Source: Myxococcota bacterium (lineage in GTDB: Bacteria; Myxococcota_A; UBA796; CAJQPC01). Taken from it: a stretch of 64,000 nt of DNA. This document shows, in pieces, positions 48,483 to 57,563 of this stretch. The stretch spans positions 1-64,000 of the forward strand of contig DASCPX010000014.1 of assembly GCA_036012755.1 (NCBI GenBank), read 5' to 3'. The position numbers and the translations under genes are program-made. Positions within the stretch are counted from its first letter, which is position 1. Every line of letters starts with the position of its first letter. The notes under the pieces are model-generated. The model did no database searches and was not told where the DNA came from. It saw only the letters and a list, made by a program, of their open reading frames with translations.

Positions 48483-50684
48483 CTACGCGTCGACCAAGGG
48501 CAGACTCAGGCCGAGGTCCTCGAGCCGCAGGATTCGGTCCGTATCGAGCCAGATGTCCCCGCGCACCACGTACTGCAGCCCCCACGACAGTGGGCCCGAG
48601 CGCTTCTCCGGGTGACGGGCGAGGTCTTCGAGCAGCTCGACGTCGCCCGGCTGCGAGCAGCCCGCGAGCACCCGCGCGAGCGCAGCCCAGAGGGGCTCGT
48701 CGGTGTCGTCTGGCGCCAGCTCTCCCTGGCCCAGCCGCGCCCGGCAGGCGGAGCGGATCAAGCTCACGACGCCGCCAGCGAAGGAGGGGGTGCGCGTGTC
48801 GGCCAGCAGCTCGATGACCGCGTCGCCATCCAGCGGGTCCGGAGCTCGCGGGTCGGTCAGGGCCAGCCGGTGGGCCCAGTGCTCGGCGGGCCGGTAGGTG
48901 CCGTGGTCGTCGACGAAGCCCGTCCACTCGGACAACAACCCCTCCCACCAGAGCTGATCTCGGCAGACCAGGGGCGGGCGAGCGGCGGCCAGAGTCGCCT
49001 CGTCGGCACCGAGCGAGGCCAGTCGCTGCAACCACCGGGACCACGCCACCCGCCGCGAGGGCCAGGCCTGCAGCAGGGACACCTCCCAGAGCACGCCGGG
49101 CCAAAGCGGCGAGCCCCCAGCGAGTACGCGCCCGAGGGCGACGCTCTCCGGGCGGCTGCAGTCCCCCCGCACCGCAGCCAGGAGGTGGCGGGCGCGCGGG
49201 GTGATCGGATCCGGCAGCTCCACCCCGAGGTCCGCGTCCAGGACGACCTCTGAGACTCGGAGCCAGGCATCCCAGCTGGTCGTCTCGACCCCATCGAGGA
49301 GGACCTCTGCCAGGCGGATCCGACGAGCCCGGGCGCTGGAAGACGCCCAGGACTGGGTGCACACGCCGATGCGTCGCGGCCAGCCCTCCACGAGGTCGCC
49401 TTGGAAGCTCCGGCACCAGCTCTCGAAGTCCTGCTCCCGGCCGAGTCCGTCCGAGTGGATCGCCCCGATCAAGCAGCTGTCCGCTTCCAGATCGCGGACC
49501 AGGCGGGCGGCGTCCGGCTCGGCGAGGACGGCAAGCCAGAGACGCAGGACCTCCCAGCTGCGGGGATCCCGAGCGAGCTCTCGGGCGGTCTCGCCTCTCT
49601 GGGGGCTTCCCACCGTCATCGAGAGATGGAGGGCGGCCAGGTACTCCCGCAGCGCCGGGTGAAGGAAGCGGAGCGCGCCCGGCCCGGTCCGCTCGAGGAG
49701 CCCGGCGTCACCGCAGAGCCACTCGACGAAGGCCCGGCGCTTGCGAGAGGTCCAGCTCGGGGGAAGCGCGCTCTCCGGATCGACGGTGTCAATCTGCTGC
49801 ATGCGCCAGGCGAATCCAGCGAGCGCCGCGAGCCGCTCGTCGAGGTCATCCTCTGTGGTGCGGGTGAGCAGGAGCGCGTCGATGCACTCTGCGTAGAGCC
49901 GGTGTCGACGCTCCGGGAGGGTCTCGTTGGGGATGAGCAGCAGCATCATCTGCAGCAGGAGCGGGCGGCGTGCCAAGGCCCGAGCGGGCTCGCTCGCCTC
50001 CAGAGAGGCCAAGAAGCGCGCCTTGGTCTCGGACCGCCGCCCAGCCTGGACGCAGACCGCCAGGAGGCGATCGACGAGCCCGTCCAGATCCCGATCGTCG
50101 AAGGGCTGGAGCTGCAACGCCTGGAAGCCCTGGGCCTCGCTCGGGAGACCGCGAGCGACCGGCCTGGTCGAGGCGACCACGTCGATTTGGGGCAAGGCCC
50201 GAACCAGGCCGACGAGCTGCGCGTTGATCTCGTTGCCAGACTCGCCCAGCTCGTCCCAGCCGTCGAGCAGGAGCATCGGTCGCGGGCCCTCCGCGGCGAC
50301 CCGCCGGAGCGGATCGGGGACCCCGACCAGCTCCGGGACGAGGCGCTGGAGCTCCTCTGTGATCCAGGCGTCGAGCGAGGGTCTAGCGCGCAGATCGCGC
50401 AGATCCAGCAGGATCGGCAGGCAGTCGTCCAGGCTGATGAGCTCGCCGAACAAGAGCTTCAACAGCGTGCTCTTGCCGCTGCCCGCCGGACCGACCACGA
50501 CGGTCTTCCGACCGGCCACGTCCCCAGCCCCGAGCACCTGCTCCCCGCCCCGCCGAGAGGTCACCCGCAGCGGCAGCGCCATCTCCGCGAGGGTCAGCGG
50601 CTGCTCGGCGCTCGGCAACAACAGCGGCGACGACCACAGGGCGTGGCGACCGGAGAGCCGAGCCCGCCAGGCAGCGACGAGCAT
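48483..50684 (-). CDS. NACHT-family STAND NTPase
   Basis: Walker A GPAGSGKST, Walker B LLLDGWDE, ASTRP, ARRPLLLQM, FLHPALREYLAA; start ATG 50684 (or CTG 50696). Confidence 0.88.
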   Translation of the reverse strand: MLVAAWRARLSGRHALWSSPLLLPSAEQPLTLAEMALPLRVTSRRGGEQVLGAGDVAGRKTVVVGPAGSGKSTLLKLLFGELISLDDCLPILLDLRDLRARPSLDAWITEELQRLVPELVGVPDPLRRVAAEGPRPMLLLDGWDELGESGNEINAQLVGLVRALPQIDVVASTRPVARGLPSEAQGFQALQLQPFDDRDLDGLVDRLLAVCVQAGRRSETKARFLASLEASEPARALARRPLLLQMMLLLIPNETLPERRHRLYAECIDALLLTRTTEDDLDERLAALAGFAWRMQQIDTVDPESALPPSWTSRKRRAFVEWLCGDAGLLERTGPGALRFLHPALREYLAALHLSMTVGSPQRGETARELARDPRSWEVLRLWLAVLAEPDAARLVRDLEADSCLIGAIHSDGLGREQDFESWCRSFQGDLVEGWPRRIGVCTQSWASSSARARRIRLAEVLLDGVETTSWDAWLRVSEVVLDADLGVELPDPITPRARHLLAAVRGDCSRPESVALGRVLAGGSPLWPGVLWEVSLLQAWPSRRVAWSRWLQRLASLGADEATLAAARPPLVCRDQLWWEGLLSEWTGFVDDHGTYRPAEHWAHRLALTDPRAPDPLDGDAVIELLADTRTPSFAGGVVSLIRSACRARLGQGELAPDDTDEPLWAALARVLAGCSQPGDVELLEDLARHPEKRSGPLSWGLQYVVRGDIWLDTDRILRLEDLGLSLPLVDA

Positions 50685-50692
50685 CTCGAGGG

Positions 50693-51940
50693 TCAGAGTC
50701 CCACCTCTCGCAGGGCCCGGTGCAGCGCCTCGGACTCCTCGCTCATTCGAGACGCGGCCAGCGCGAGGCTGCGGCTGAGGGGGAGGTCCTCGAGGAAGGC
50801 GTCGGTGTTGGTGCCGAAGCTGTTGCCGTCGGCCCACAAGGCGATCTCGCGAGGGCTGGCGACGTCCATCGCGGCCCGGACCTCTGGCCAGCGCTCGAAG
50901 ACGGCGAGGCAGAGCACCGCCTGCTCCCCGGACACGGCGGGCAGGGCCCCAGCCGCTCGCAGGAAGCGCAGCTTGGTGAAGACCTTCGAGACGAGTCGGG
51001 GGTTGCGCAGGTCCGGGACGGCGAGCGCCCCGGCGGCGTCCTGGACCTTCAACCCCAGGGCGATCTCGCCGTGGTCGGCGAGCACCGGTCGGCGACACTC
51101 CCCGTCGATCAGCGCTTGGAGCATCGCGTCGGACAAGGGCGGGATGTCGACGCGCAGATCGAACATCTTGTCGAGGTAGCGCTCCGCGTCGAAGTCGTCC
51201 GTCCGGTAGAAGGCGCGGACTCCCTCCTTCGCGAGATCGGGGTCCATGGCCACGACGAAGGTGGCGCTCGCGCCGGCGCTGACGAGGAACCGCAGGGCCT
51301 GCAGGAGCGCGACCTGCCGCTCCGGGAGGCAACGGTCGAGGTCGTCGACGAGGATGAAGACACGGCCCCCCACCCCGCGGATCTCTGGCGGGCAGGCGGC
51401 GTCGACCAGCTGCCGGAAGGCATCGCCCATCTGCGCGACCGGATCGCCGGGATCGTCCGCGGTCAAGGCGCCGAAGGCATGAGCCGCCGCTGGCGCCGCC
51501 GCCTCGAGCAGGGGGGCTCCGGGGATGCCCAGCAAGGCCCCGGCCTTCGCCCCGAAGCCGAGCCCGGCGCGGATGACTGTCGGACCGTGGATCTTCGACG
51601 CCTCCAGCGCAGCGCCGCCGCGGGTCCGTGCACGGTCCTGCAGCCTGAGCACGACAGGGGTGAGCAGGTCGGGCGTGCCGTACTGCCAGGGGTTGATCCA
51701 CACAGCGCGGTCCACCACGCCCGGGGGTCGCTCCGGCTGGTAGGTGACCTGCGCGAGACGAGCCAGCACGTCGGTCTTTCCGCGTCCCCAGGTGCCCTGC
51801 AGCGCGATCACCGCCCCCGGCGGAAGCTGGCGGGCAAAGCCGATGATGCGCCGCGCCTGGCGCTCGTGCCCGAGAGCATCGGGGGGAAGGCTGACGGTGT
51901 CAGCGTCGAAGCTCGCTTGAGAGAGGAAGTCGTTCGCCAT
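50693..51940 (-). CDS. KAP-family P-loop NTPase
   Basis: DALG, IALQGTWGRGKT, INPWQY, VDDLDRC.P, YLDKMF, NPR. Confidence 0.92.
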   Translation of the reverse strand: MANDFLSQASFDADTVSLPPDALGHERQARRIIGFARQLPPGAVIALQGTWGRGKTDVLARLAQVTYQPERPPGVVDRAVWINPWQYGTPDLLTPVVLRLQDRARTRGGAALEASKIHGPTVIRAGLGFGAKAGALLGIPGAPLLEAAAPAAAHAFGALTADDPGDPVAQMGDAFRQLVDAACPPEIRGVGGRVFILVDDLDRCLPERQVALLQALRFLVSAGASATFVVAMDPDLAKEGVRAFYRTDDFDAERYLDKMFDLRVDIPPLSDAMLQALIDGECRRPVLADHGEIALGLKVQDAAGALAVPDLRNPRLVSKVFTKLRFLRAAGALPAVSGEQAVLCLAVFERWPEVRAAMDVASPREIALWADGNSFGTNTDAFLEDLPLSRSLALAASRMSEESEALHRALREVGL

Positions 51941-52005
51941 GTCACGTTTCTATCCCGAGCGGCGGACAAGATCTGACCGCGGCCCGCGCTCGTTAGTCTG
52001 GAGAT

Positions 52006-53067
52006 GTGCCACGCATCATCGACAAGCTGGACGCAGCCGCCGGACGCACCCCCGTTTTCCTCGACCTCGGGATCGACTATTCGACGCCGCGACCGGGCCC
52101 GAAGGCGCTGATCAAGCCCGACGGGACCTACGAAGCAGGCTGGTTCCACGACTTCGACGGCGACTGGAACCTGGACGACAGCTCTGCCTTCGACATCGCC
52201 CTGCAGCGCTGGGTCCACCTCACCTTCGACGCCCCCGATCACTTCATCGTCTGCAACCTCGCGAACCTGACGCGGGCGAGCAACACGGCGCTCCTGGTCG
52301 CCAACAAGCGCACGGGCGAGTTCCACCACGCCAGCCTGACCCACCTCTACCCCCAGGACACGGTCAGGGTGGAGCCCCCCTTCACCCACTGGCGCGACTC
52401 GGAGACCGGCAGCTTCGTGCGCATCGGGGACGACCTCTCCGTGGAGCTGGCGATCAACGCCGACGGCCTCCACTTCGTGGCCACGGCGCGCCACGCCCTC
52501 GGCCCCCCGCTGATCCAGGCCAGCCGCTTCCAGCGAGGCCGCGGAGCCATCCAGTGGTACCGGATCCTGGAGCTGGAGCGAGGGCTGTTGGCGGTCGGCG
52601 ACCGGGTCGTCGAGCTGCCAGCCGGCACGATGGGGACCTGCGACCGCACCATCGGGCACCAGCGCGGGGTGCAGGCATGGAACTGGGTGGCCGGGGTCGG
52701 CACCGCCGTGGACCTCGAGACCGGCGAGCGCACCCGGCTCGGTGTGCAGATCGCCAAGGACCGCCACCTCGCGCGGCCCCAGGTTCCGAACAAGAAGTAC
52801 CTGATCTGGACCGAGGATCGGCTCTTCAAGCTCGGCGAGGTGGACTTCTCCTACGAGCACGGCAGCGACTGGCGCATCCACGGGGATGACCTCGACTTCC
52901 GCTTCGTCCCCGCCTTCCACCGCCACGAGGAGAAGCGGCTGGTGCTCGTTCGAGCCGACTTCCACCAGTTCTACGGGGAGCTCTCGGGCACGGTGCGCGT
53001 GGGGGGCCGTCGTCTCCGACTCGAGCCCTGCTTCGCCGTGACCGAGGAGTCGCTGCTCGAGCTGTGA
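52006..53067 (+). CDS. DUF2804-like protein
   Basis: QRWVH, DRTIGH...WNW, LDFRFVP, ADFHQFYGELSG, VTEE pattern. Confidence 0.65.
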   Translation: MPRIIDKLDAAAGRTPVFLDLGIDYSTPRPGPKALIKPDGTYEAGWFHDFDGDWNLDDSSAFDIALQRWVHLTFDAPDHFIVCNLANLTRASNTALLVANKRTGEFHHASLTHLYPQDTVRVEPPFTHWRDSETGSFVRIGDDLSVELAINADGLHFVATARHALGPPLIQASRFQRGRGAIQWYRILELERGLLAVGDRVVELPAGTMGTCDRTIGHQRGVQAWNWVAGVGTAVDLETGERTRLGVQIAKDRHLARPQVPNKKYLIWTEDRLFKLGEVDFSYEHGSDWRIHGDDLDFRFVPAFHRHEEKRLVLVRADFHQFYGELSGTVRVGGRRLRLEPCFAVTEESLLEL

Positions 53068-53516
53068 TCACCTTCTTGATCGCCTGTTCGCAGAGCTGCC
53101 CCGAGGGCGGCGTCGACCCGGCGCGACAGGCGGGCCTCGAGGCGATGGGCGAGCCCCTCGGCGAGGTCTGCTTCGGCGACCGGAACGTGCTCATCGGCGA
53201 GGTCATCGTCTTCGACGCCGCATGGGACGACCCCTCGCTCGTCGCGAAGGGCGAGCACCTCCTCGCCCACCGAGCGATGTCCGAGCCCGAGCCTGGCAGC
53301 CCGGAGTGCCTGGAGTCGTGGATCGCCTACGAGACAGAGGGCTGGACCCGTGAGCTCGAGAGGCGCCGGGGCCTCGGGTTGCCGGCGATCTACCCCTTCG
53401 AGGCCGGCTGGCGGGACTCCACGGTGTCGATCCGGGACTGGCTGGTGGAGCATCCAGAGGGGGGGAGCGGCGTCGATCCCCTCTTGGCCAGCTACGAGGA
53501 GCGCTGCAAGGAGTAG
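53064..53516 (+). CDS. Hypothetical lipoprotein
   Basis: GTGA overlap; MITFLIAC. Confidence 0.7.
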   Translation: MITFLIACSQSCPEGGVDPARQAGLEAMGEPLGEVCFGDRNVLIGEVIVFDAAWDDPSLVAKGEHLLAHRAMSEPEPGSPECLESWIAYETEGWTRELERRRGLGLPAIYPFEAGWRDSTVSIRDWLVEHPEGGSGVDPLLASYEERCKE

Positions 53517-53539
53517 ACTTGCGTCAACCGGAGGCAGCC

Positions 53540-53959
53540 GTGTTCCAACTCCTCATCCCGCTGGCCTTCGCCGACGCGGTCTCCTTCGACTCCAGCCTCG
53601 ACTGCCCGCGCGGGAGCACGATCACCGCCTCCCACATCGGCAGCTGGTGCCTGCCCAACGAGTGCGACGCGAACGAGTGCAACGAGGGGGCATGTGTCGC
53701 GGACGTCGGGCTCTGCGTCACTCGGGAAGAGGTCGCCTGCGGGGGCCGGGTCGCCGACTCCGCCGACTGCACCTTCGAGAAGGTCGAGGCCCACAAGACC
53801 TGCGACGAGCAGAGCGACTGCACCACCGGCACCTGCGAGACCGCCGACCGCTGTGCGACGGCGAAGCAGCGGGCCTGCGGAGGCTGCGCGACGACCGGCG
53901 CCGTCGGGCTCGGGGCGCTCCTGCTGGCCTTCGCGGGGGTCCTGAGGAGGAGGTCGTAA
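53540..53959 (+). CDS. Small Cys-rich secreted protein with MYXO-CTERM-like tail
   Basis: GGAGG Shine-Dalgarno; signal ending AFA; many Cys; ends CGGCATTGAVGLGALLLAFAGVLRRRS. Confidence 0.8.
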   Translation: MFQLLIPLAFADAVSFDSSLDCPRGSTITASHIGSWCLPNECDANECNEGACVADVGLCVTREEVACGGRVADSADCTFEKVEAHKTCDEQSDCTTGTCETADRCATAKQRACGGCATTGAVGLGALLLAFAGVLRRRS

Positions 53960-54351
53960 TCCACATCCTCGTCGCCTTGTCGTGGGGAGACGCCATCCCG
54001 GGCGCACCGACCGACTGTCCGGCTGGATCGATGGGCATGAGCTCCCACTCGGGCGCCTACTGCGAGCTGATGTCCGATGACGCCTGTCTCTGCGTCGTGG
54101 CCGAAGAGGTCCCCTGCGGCTTCTTGCGCCCGATCGAAGCGCCACCCTGCACAGAGGCCCGAAAGCGGGTGACCGGGGCCTGCGCTGCGGACGGCTCCTG
54201 CACGGAGGGTGTCTGTGCCTCTGTCGCGGCCTGCGCGGCGGCTCCCGAGAAGAAGGAGCCGGCGAAGACCGACGACGAGGGCTGCAGTCACGTACCTCTG
54301 AGCGGGGCGTTGGGGCTCGGTCTCTTGATGCTCGCCACCCGCCGCAGGTGA
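53956..54351 (+). CDS. Paralogous Cys-rich MYXO-CTERM-like protein with no canonical start codon
   Basis: IHILVALSWGDAI...DCPAGS....SHSGAYC matches the neighbour's DAV...DCPRGS....SHIGSWC; ends GCSHVPLSGALGLGLLMLATRRR. Confidence 0.65.
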   Translation, partial: VIHILVALSWGDAIPGAPTDCPAGSMGMSSHSGAYCELMSDDACLCVVAEEVPCGFLRPIEAPPCTEARKRVTGACAADGSCTEGVCASVAACAAAPEKKEPAKTDDEGCSHVPLSGALGLGLLMLATRRR

Positions 54352-54690
54352 TCAGAACAACACGAGCCCCACGGCGAAGCTGAGCGCGTTCGCGACCAGG
54401 GCCACCGTGAACCCGGCCTTGAAGCCGAGCTTGCCCCAGTGGCCGATGATGAGGCCTTCGATCAGCACCACGGAGGCCTCGATCAGCGCCAGTCGGGCGT
54501 AGGGATCCCAGTGAAAGAGGTCCTGGTTGACCGTCCAGGCGAAGGGATGGGTCAGAAGCGTCACGGCCGGAAGGACCAGGAGCAGCCGGCGCCAGTTTTG
54601 CACCTCGAAGCGCGCCAGCTTCACGAGGCCCACCGCGACGGGGACTTCTACGGCGAGGCTGATCAGGAGCGCGAGGAGCTGGTCACTCAC
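54352..54690 (-). CDS. Small 4-TM membrane protein
   Basis: VEVPV, TLLTHP, IE...IEG, ANALSF. Confidence 0.75.
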   Translation of the reverse strand: MSDQLLALLISLAVEVPVAVGLVKLARFEVQNWRRLLLVLPAVTLLTHPFAWTVNQDLFHWDPYARLALIEASVVLIEGLIIGHWGKLGFKAGFTVALVANALSFAVGLVLF

Positions 54691-55366
54691 CCGCGACGGT
54701 CATCAGGTAGGCGCTGCCGCAGTCGGCGTTGGCGATGGCACCGACGACGACCTCGTAGACACCGCCGTCGTCCGGACCGCTGGAGTCCTCGAGGACCAGC
54801 GAGACCGTGCCCGAGCCGAAGTCCTCGTCGACGAGTCCGAGCTCCTCCGAGCCATCGGTCGACAGGCGGTTCACTGTCAGCTTGTAGGTTGCGTTCGCCG
54901 GGATGTTGGCCAGGGTCACGGTCACTGGAAAGGCGTCGCCGTACCAGTTGTCCTCGACGTAGAAGCTGAAGCGGTCGTCGTCCGCGTTGTTGTGCAGGAA
55001 GGCCACGGCCGCGTGCCCGGAGGTGGCCTCCAGCGTGCCCAGGTCATGGGGATCGTCGTCGTTGGGCTCGTAGGGATCCTCGTCCACGGCGTCCTCGTCG
55101 AGCTCGCCGTCGCAGTCGTCGTCGTCGCCGTCGCAGGTGTCGGTGGCGCCGGGGCGGACGCTGCTGTCCTCGTCGTCGCAGTCCCCTTCGTTCTCGCTCC
55201 AGCCGTCGCCGTCGTCGTCCCTGTCGAGGGGGTCCAGCTGCTCGCCGGTGTCGCCGGTGTCACCTGGGCTCGCGCTGTCGTCGGCCGGAGTGGGGTCATC
55301 GCCGCCGGAGTCGACGAGCCCTCCAGAGGCCGAGAAACCGCACGACAGCAGCGACATGAGCACCAT
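54683..55366 (-). CDS. Lipoprotein with one putative metal-binding motif and a PPC-like beta-sandwich
   Basis: LLSC lipobox; GDCDDED..VRPGA.DTCDGDDDDCDG; DPYEPND...DDDRF. Confidence 0.8.
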   Translation of the reverse strand: MVLMSLLSCGFSASGGLVDSGGDDPTPADDSASPGDTGDTGEQLDPLDRDDDGDGWSENEGDCDDEDSSVRPGATDTCDGDDDDCDGELDEDAVDEDPYEPNDDDPHDLGTLEATSGHAAVAFLHNNADDDRFSFYVEDNWYGDAFPVTVTLANIPANATYKLTVNRLSTDGSEELGLVDEDFGSGTVSLVLEDSSGPDDGGVYEVVVGAIANADCGSAYLMTVAGE

Positions 55367-55382
55367 CCGGCCTCTCTATCTC

Positions 55383-56369
55383 TCAGGAACCCGCTGTGCT
55401 CATGGCGAGGAGGATCGCGTTCCCCAGCCCTCCCCCGGTGGCGTACCAGCTCCCCCCTCGGGCGGGCACCGGGAGACCGAAGAGACGAGCCGTGCGGAGG
55501 TTGCGCAGGTAGCTGTCGCGGTCACCGTGCAAGCGCGCCCCGGCCAGCGAGAAGCCAGTCGGCGACACGCCGATCCCAAACAACACGGGCCCCGAGTCGA
55601 TGTCGCCGTGGCCATCGACGCCCACGGGGTATTCCCGCACCCCACCGAAGGGTCCGAGGTGTCGCTGCCGGTCCTCGAGCGCGCGGTAGAGCTCGGCGCT
55701 GAGCTCCGGATCGGCGTAGTGGGCGAAGTAGACCGCGAAGGCCGTGCCGGACCCGCGGGGGAGGTCCCTGGGTGAACCGTCGACGGCGCTGAGCGCCTGG
55801 TAGAGCATCCCCGAGTCGGGGTCGATCGCGACTTCGCGAAAGGCTGGCAGCCAGGCCTGCACCGCTTCGCCATGACCCGCCACCGTGAGCGCCGCAGCGA
55901 CCACAGCGATGTCCGGCGGGTAGACCTCTCCGGGGTAGGTCTGGAGCTCGTACACGGGGCCGTCGAGGTCAGCGAGCAGCGCCTCGGTCATCGCATCGAG
56001 CTCTGCTTCGTGGGCAAAGTCCCTGTCGATCTGCTGGTGTCGGGCCAGGGCCAGGGCGCTGTAGCCGACGTAGGCGGCGCCGAACTCGTCTCGACCCCAG
56101 CGAGCAGCGCCGAAGCTCCGCGAGTCCGGCGAGGCCAGCCAGGCGCTGCAGGTCCGCACGGCTGGCAGGTAGCGCTCAGCGGTGTCGGGGAACCGCTCGA
56201 TCACCTGCACCAGGCCCAGGACGCTCATCTGGCAGGCGCCGAGGTCCCACTCGCCTGCGAAGAGCGGATCCGAGGGAGCCAGCCCGGTCGGAGCCACGTC
56301 GCCCTTCGAGATGGCCCAGTCGGCGACCGCGACCGCTCCCCCCTTCCAGGGCGGTACCCTCTCGCTCAT
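55383..56369 (-). CDS. Helical protein, distantly linalool dehydratase/isomerase-like; possibly 5'-truncated
   Basis: GEW, QTYPGEVYPPD, PRGSG, VREYP, GDIDSGP motifs. Confidence 0.6.
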   Translation of the reverse strand: MSERVPPWKGGAVAVADWAISKGDVAPTGLAPSDPLFAGEWDLGACQMSVLGLVQVIERFPDTAERYLPAVRTCSAWLASPDSRSFGAARWGRDEFGAAYVGYSALALARHQQIDRDFAHEAELDAMTEALLADLDGPVYELQTYPGEVYPPDIAVVAAALTVAGHGEAVQAWLPAFREVAIDPDSGMLYQALSAVDGSPRDLPRGSGTAFAVYFAHYADPELSAELYRALEDRQRHLGPFGGVREYPVGVDGHGDIDSGPVLFGIGVSPTGFSLAGARLHGDRDSYLRNLRTARLFGLPVPARGGSWYATGGGLGNAILLAMSTAGS

Positions 56370-57204
56370 GAACCTGTCCTCCGCGGTCGTGACCGTCACC
56401 GGAGCCGGAGGGTTCATCGGCGGCGAGGTCGTGCGACTCGCCCACGCCGCCGGAGCAGAGGTCCACCACACACGTGACCCCGAGGCCATCCTCCAGCTCC
56501 CACCCGACCTCGTGATCCACTGCGCCGCCCCCGTCGATCCATCTCGCGATGCCGACGAGGCCCTCATGCACCGAGGCATCGTCGAGCTCTCCGTCGCTGT
56601 CGCCGAGGCCTGCCGCGAGACCGGTGCCCGCCTCGTGCACGTCGGCACCTGCGAGGAGTACGGCGACGGACCCGCCCCCTTCCGCGAGGACCAGCCGCCG
56701 TCCCCGGTCAGCCCCTACAGCCGGTGCAAGGTCGAGGCGACCCAGAGGCTCCGGCAGATGCCCGGGCTGCGGGTCACCGTCGCGCGCCCCTTCCTCACAT
56801 ATGGGCCGGGTCAGCGGGGTCCACGGCTGATCCCGAGCGCCATCCGCGCCGCGCTGGCATCTCGGACCTTCGAGATGACCGCAGGCACCCAGACCCGGGA
56901 GTTCAACTTCGTAGAGGACATCGCCCGCGGCCTGCTCGCCTGCCGCGACGACCGCGTAGAGGGACTGGTTGTGAACATCGGCGGGGGTCCCGAGCTCCGC
57001 GTCATCGACGTGGTCCGGCGCATCTTCGGGCTCTGCGGCGCCGAGCTGGACCTCATCCGCACCACCCGCGCCCCGCGCATCGGCGAGGTCGAGCGCTTCC
57101 TCGGAGACCACGAACGAGCGAGGCGGCTCCTGGCTCATCAGCCACGAATCGGGCTGGAGGAGGGCCTGGCGCGTACCATCGAGGCCCTTCGATGCGCGGT
57201 GTGA
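56368..57204 (+). CDS. NAD-dependent epimerase/dehydratase (NDP-sugar)
   Basis: VTGAGGFIG, GTCEEYG, PYSRCK, YGPGQ, REFNFVED. Confidence 0.9.
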   Translation: MNLSSAVVTVTGAGGFIGGEVVRLAHAAGAEVHHTRDPEAILQLPPDLVIHCAAPVDPSRDADEALMHRGIVELSVAVAEACRETGARLVHVGTCEEYGDGPAPFREDQPPSPVSPYSRCKVEATQRLRQMPGLRVTVARPFLTYGPGQRGPRLIPSAIRAALASRTFEMTAGTQTREFNFVEDIARGLLACRDDRVEGLVVNIGGGPELRVIDVVRRIFGLCGAELDLIRTTRAPRIGEVERFLGDHERARRLLAHQPRIGLEEGLARTIEALRCAV

Positions 57205-57563
57205 CCGAACATCCCCTCGCCGTCTTCGCGGACGGACGCGGCTCCCTGCTAAAGGCCCACCCTGGCCGGGTCGAAGGCGAGGTCTACGCGATCGTCGTCA
57301 CCCCCGGCGCCAGCCGAGGACACCACCTCCATCGCCTCACGACCGAGGTCTTCGTGGCGGTCTCGGGCGAGGGCGTCGTCGGCGTGCTCGACCCCGGCAC
57401 CGGCGAAGTGGAGCACATCCCACTGCAGCGGCGCCTCGAGGTCGGCCCTGGCATCGCCCACGCGATCTTCAACCTCGGCGACACGGAGCTGGTGGTCGTG
57501 GCCGCGATGGATCGGCCTCACGACCCCGACGACGTGCTGCGACACGAGGTGCCGGCGCCGTGA
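57192..57563 (+). CDS. Cupin-fold NDP-sugar isomerase/epimerase (WxcM/FdtA/RmlC-like)
   Basis: DGRGSL, RGHHLH...E, PGIAHA. Confidence 0.8.
   Translation: MRGVTEHPLAVFADGRGSLLKAHPGRVEGEVYAIVVTPGASRGHHLHRLTTEVFVAVSGEGVVGVLDPGTGEVEHIPLQRRLEVGPGIAHAIFNLGDTELVVVAAMDRPHDPDDVLRHEVPAP

Noticed and set aside
50697..51701. N-terminal 335 aa of the 1072-aa NACHT ORF as an effector domain
   Set aside because: Overlaps the KAP gene in another frame and has low-complexity Arg/Pro/Gly shadow composition
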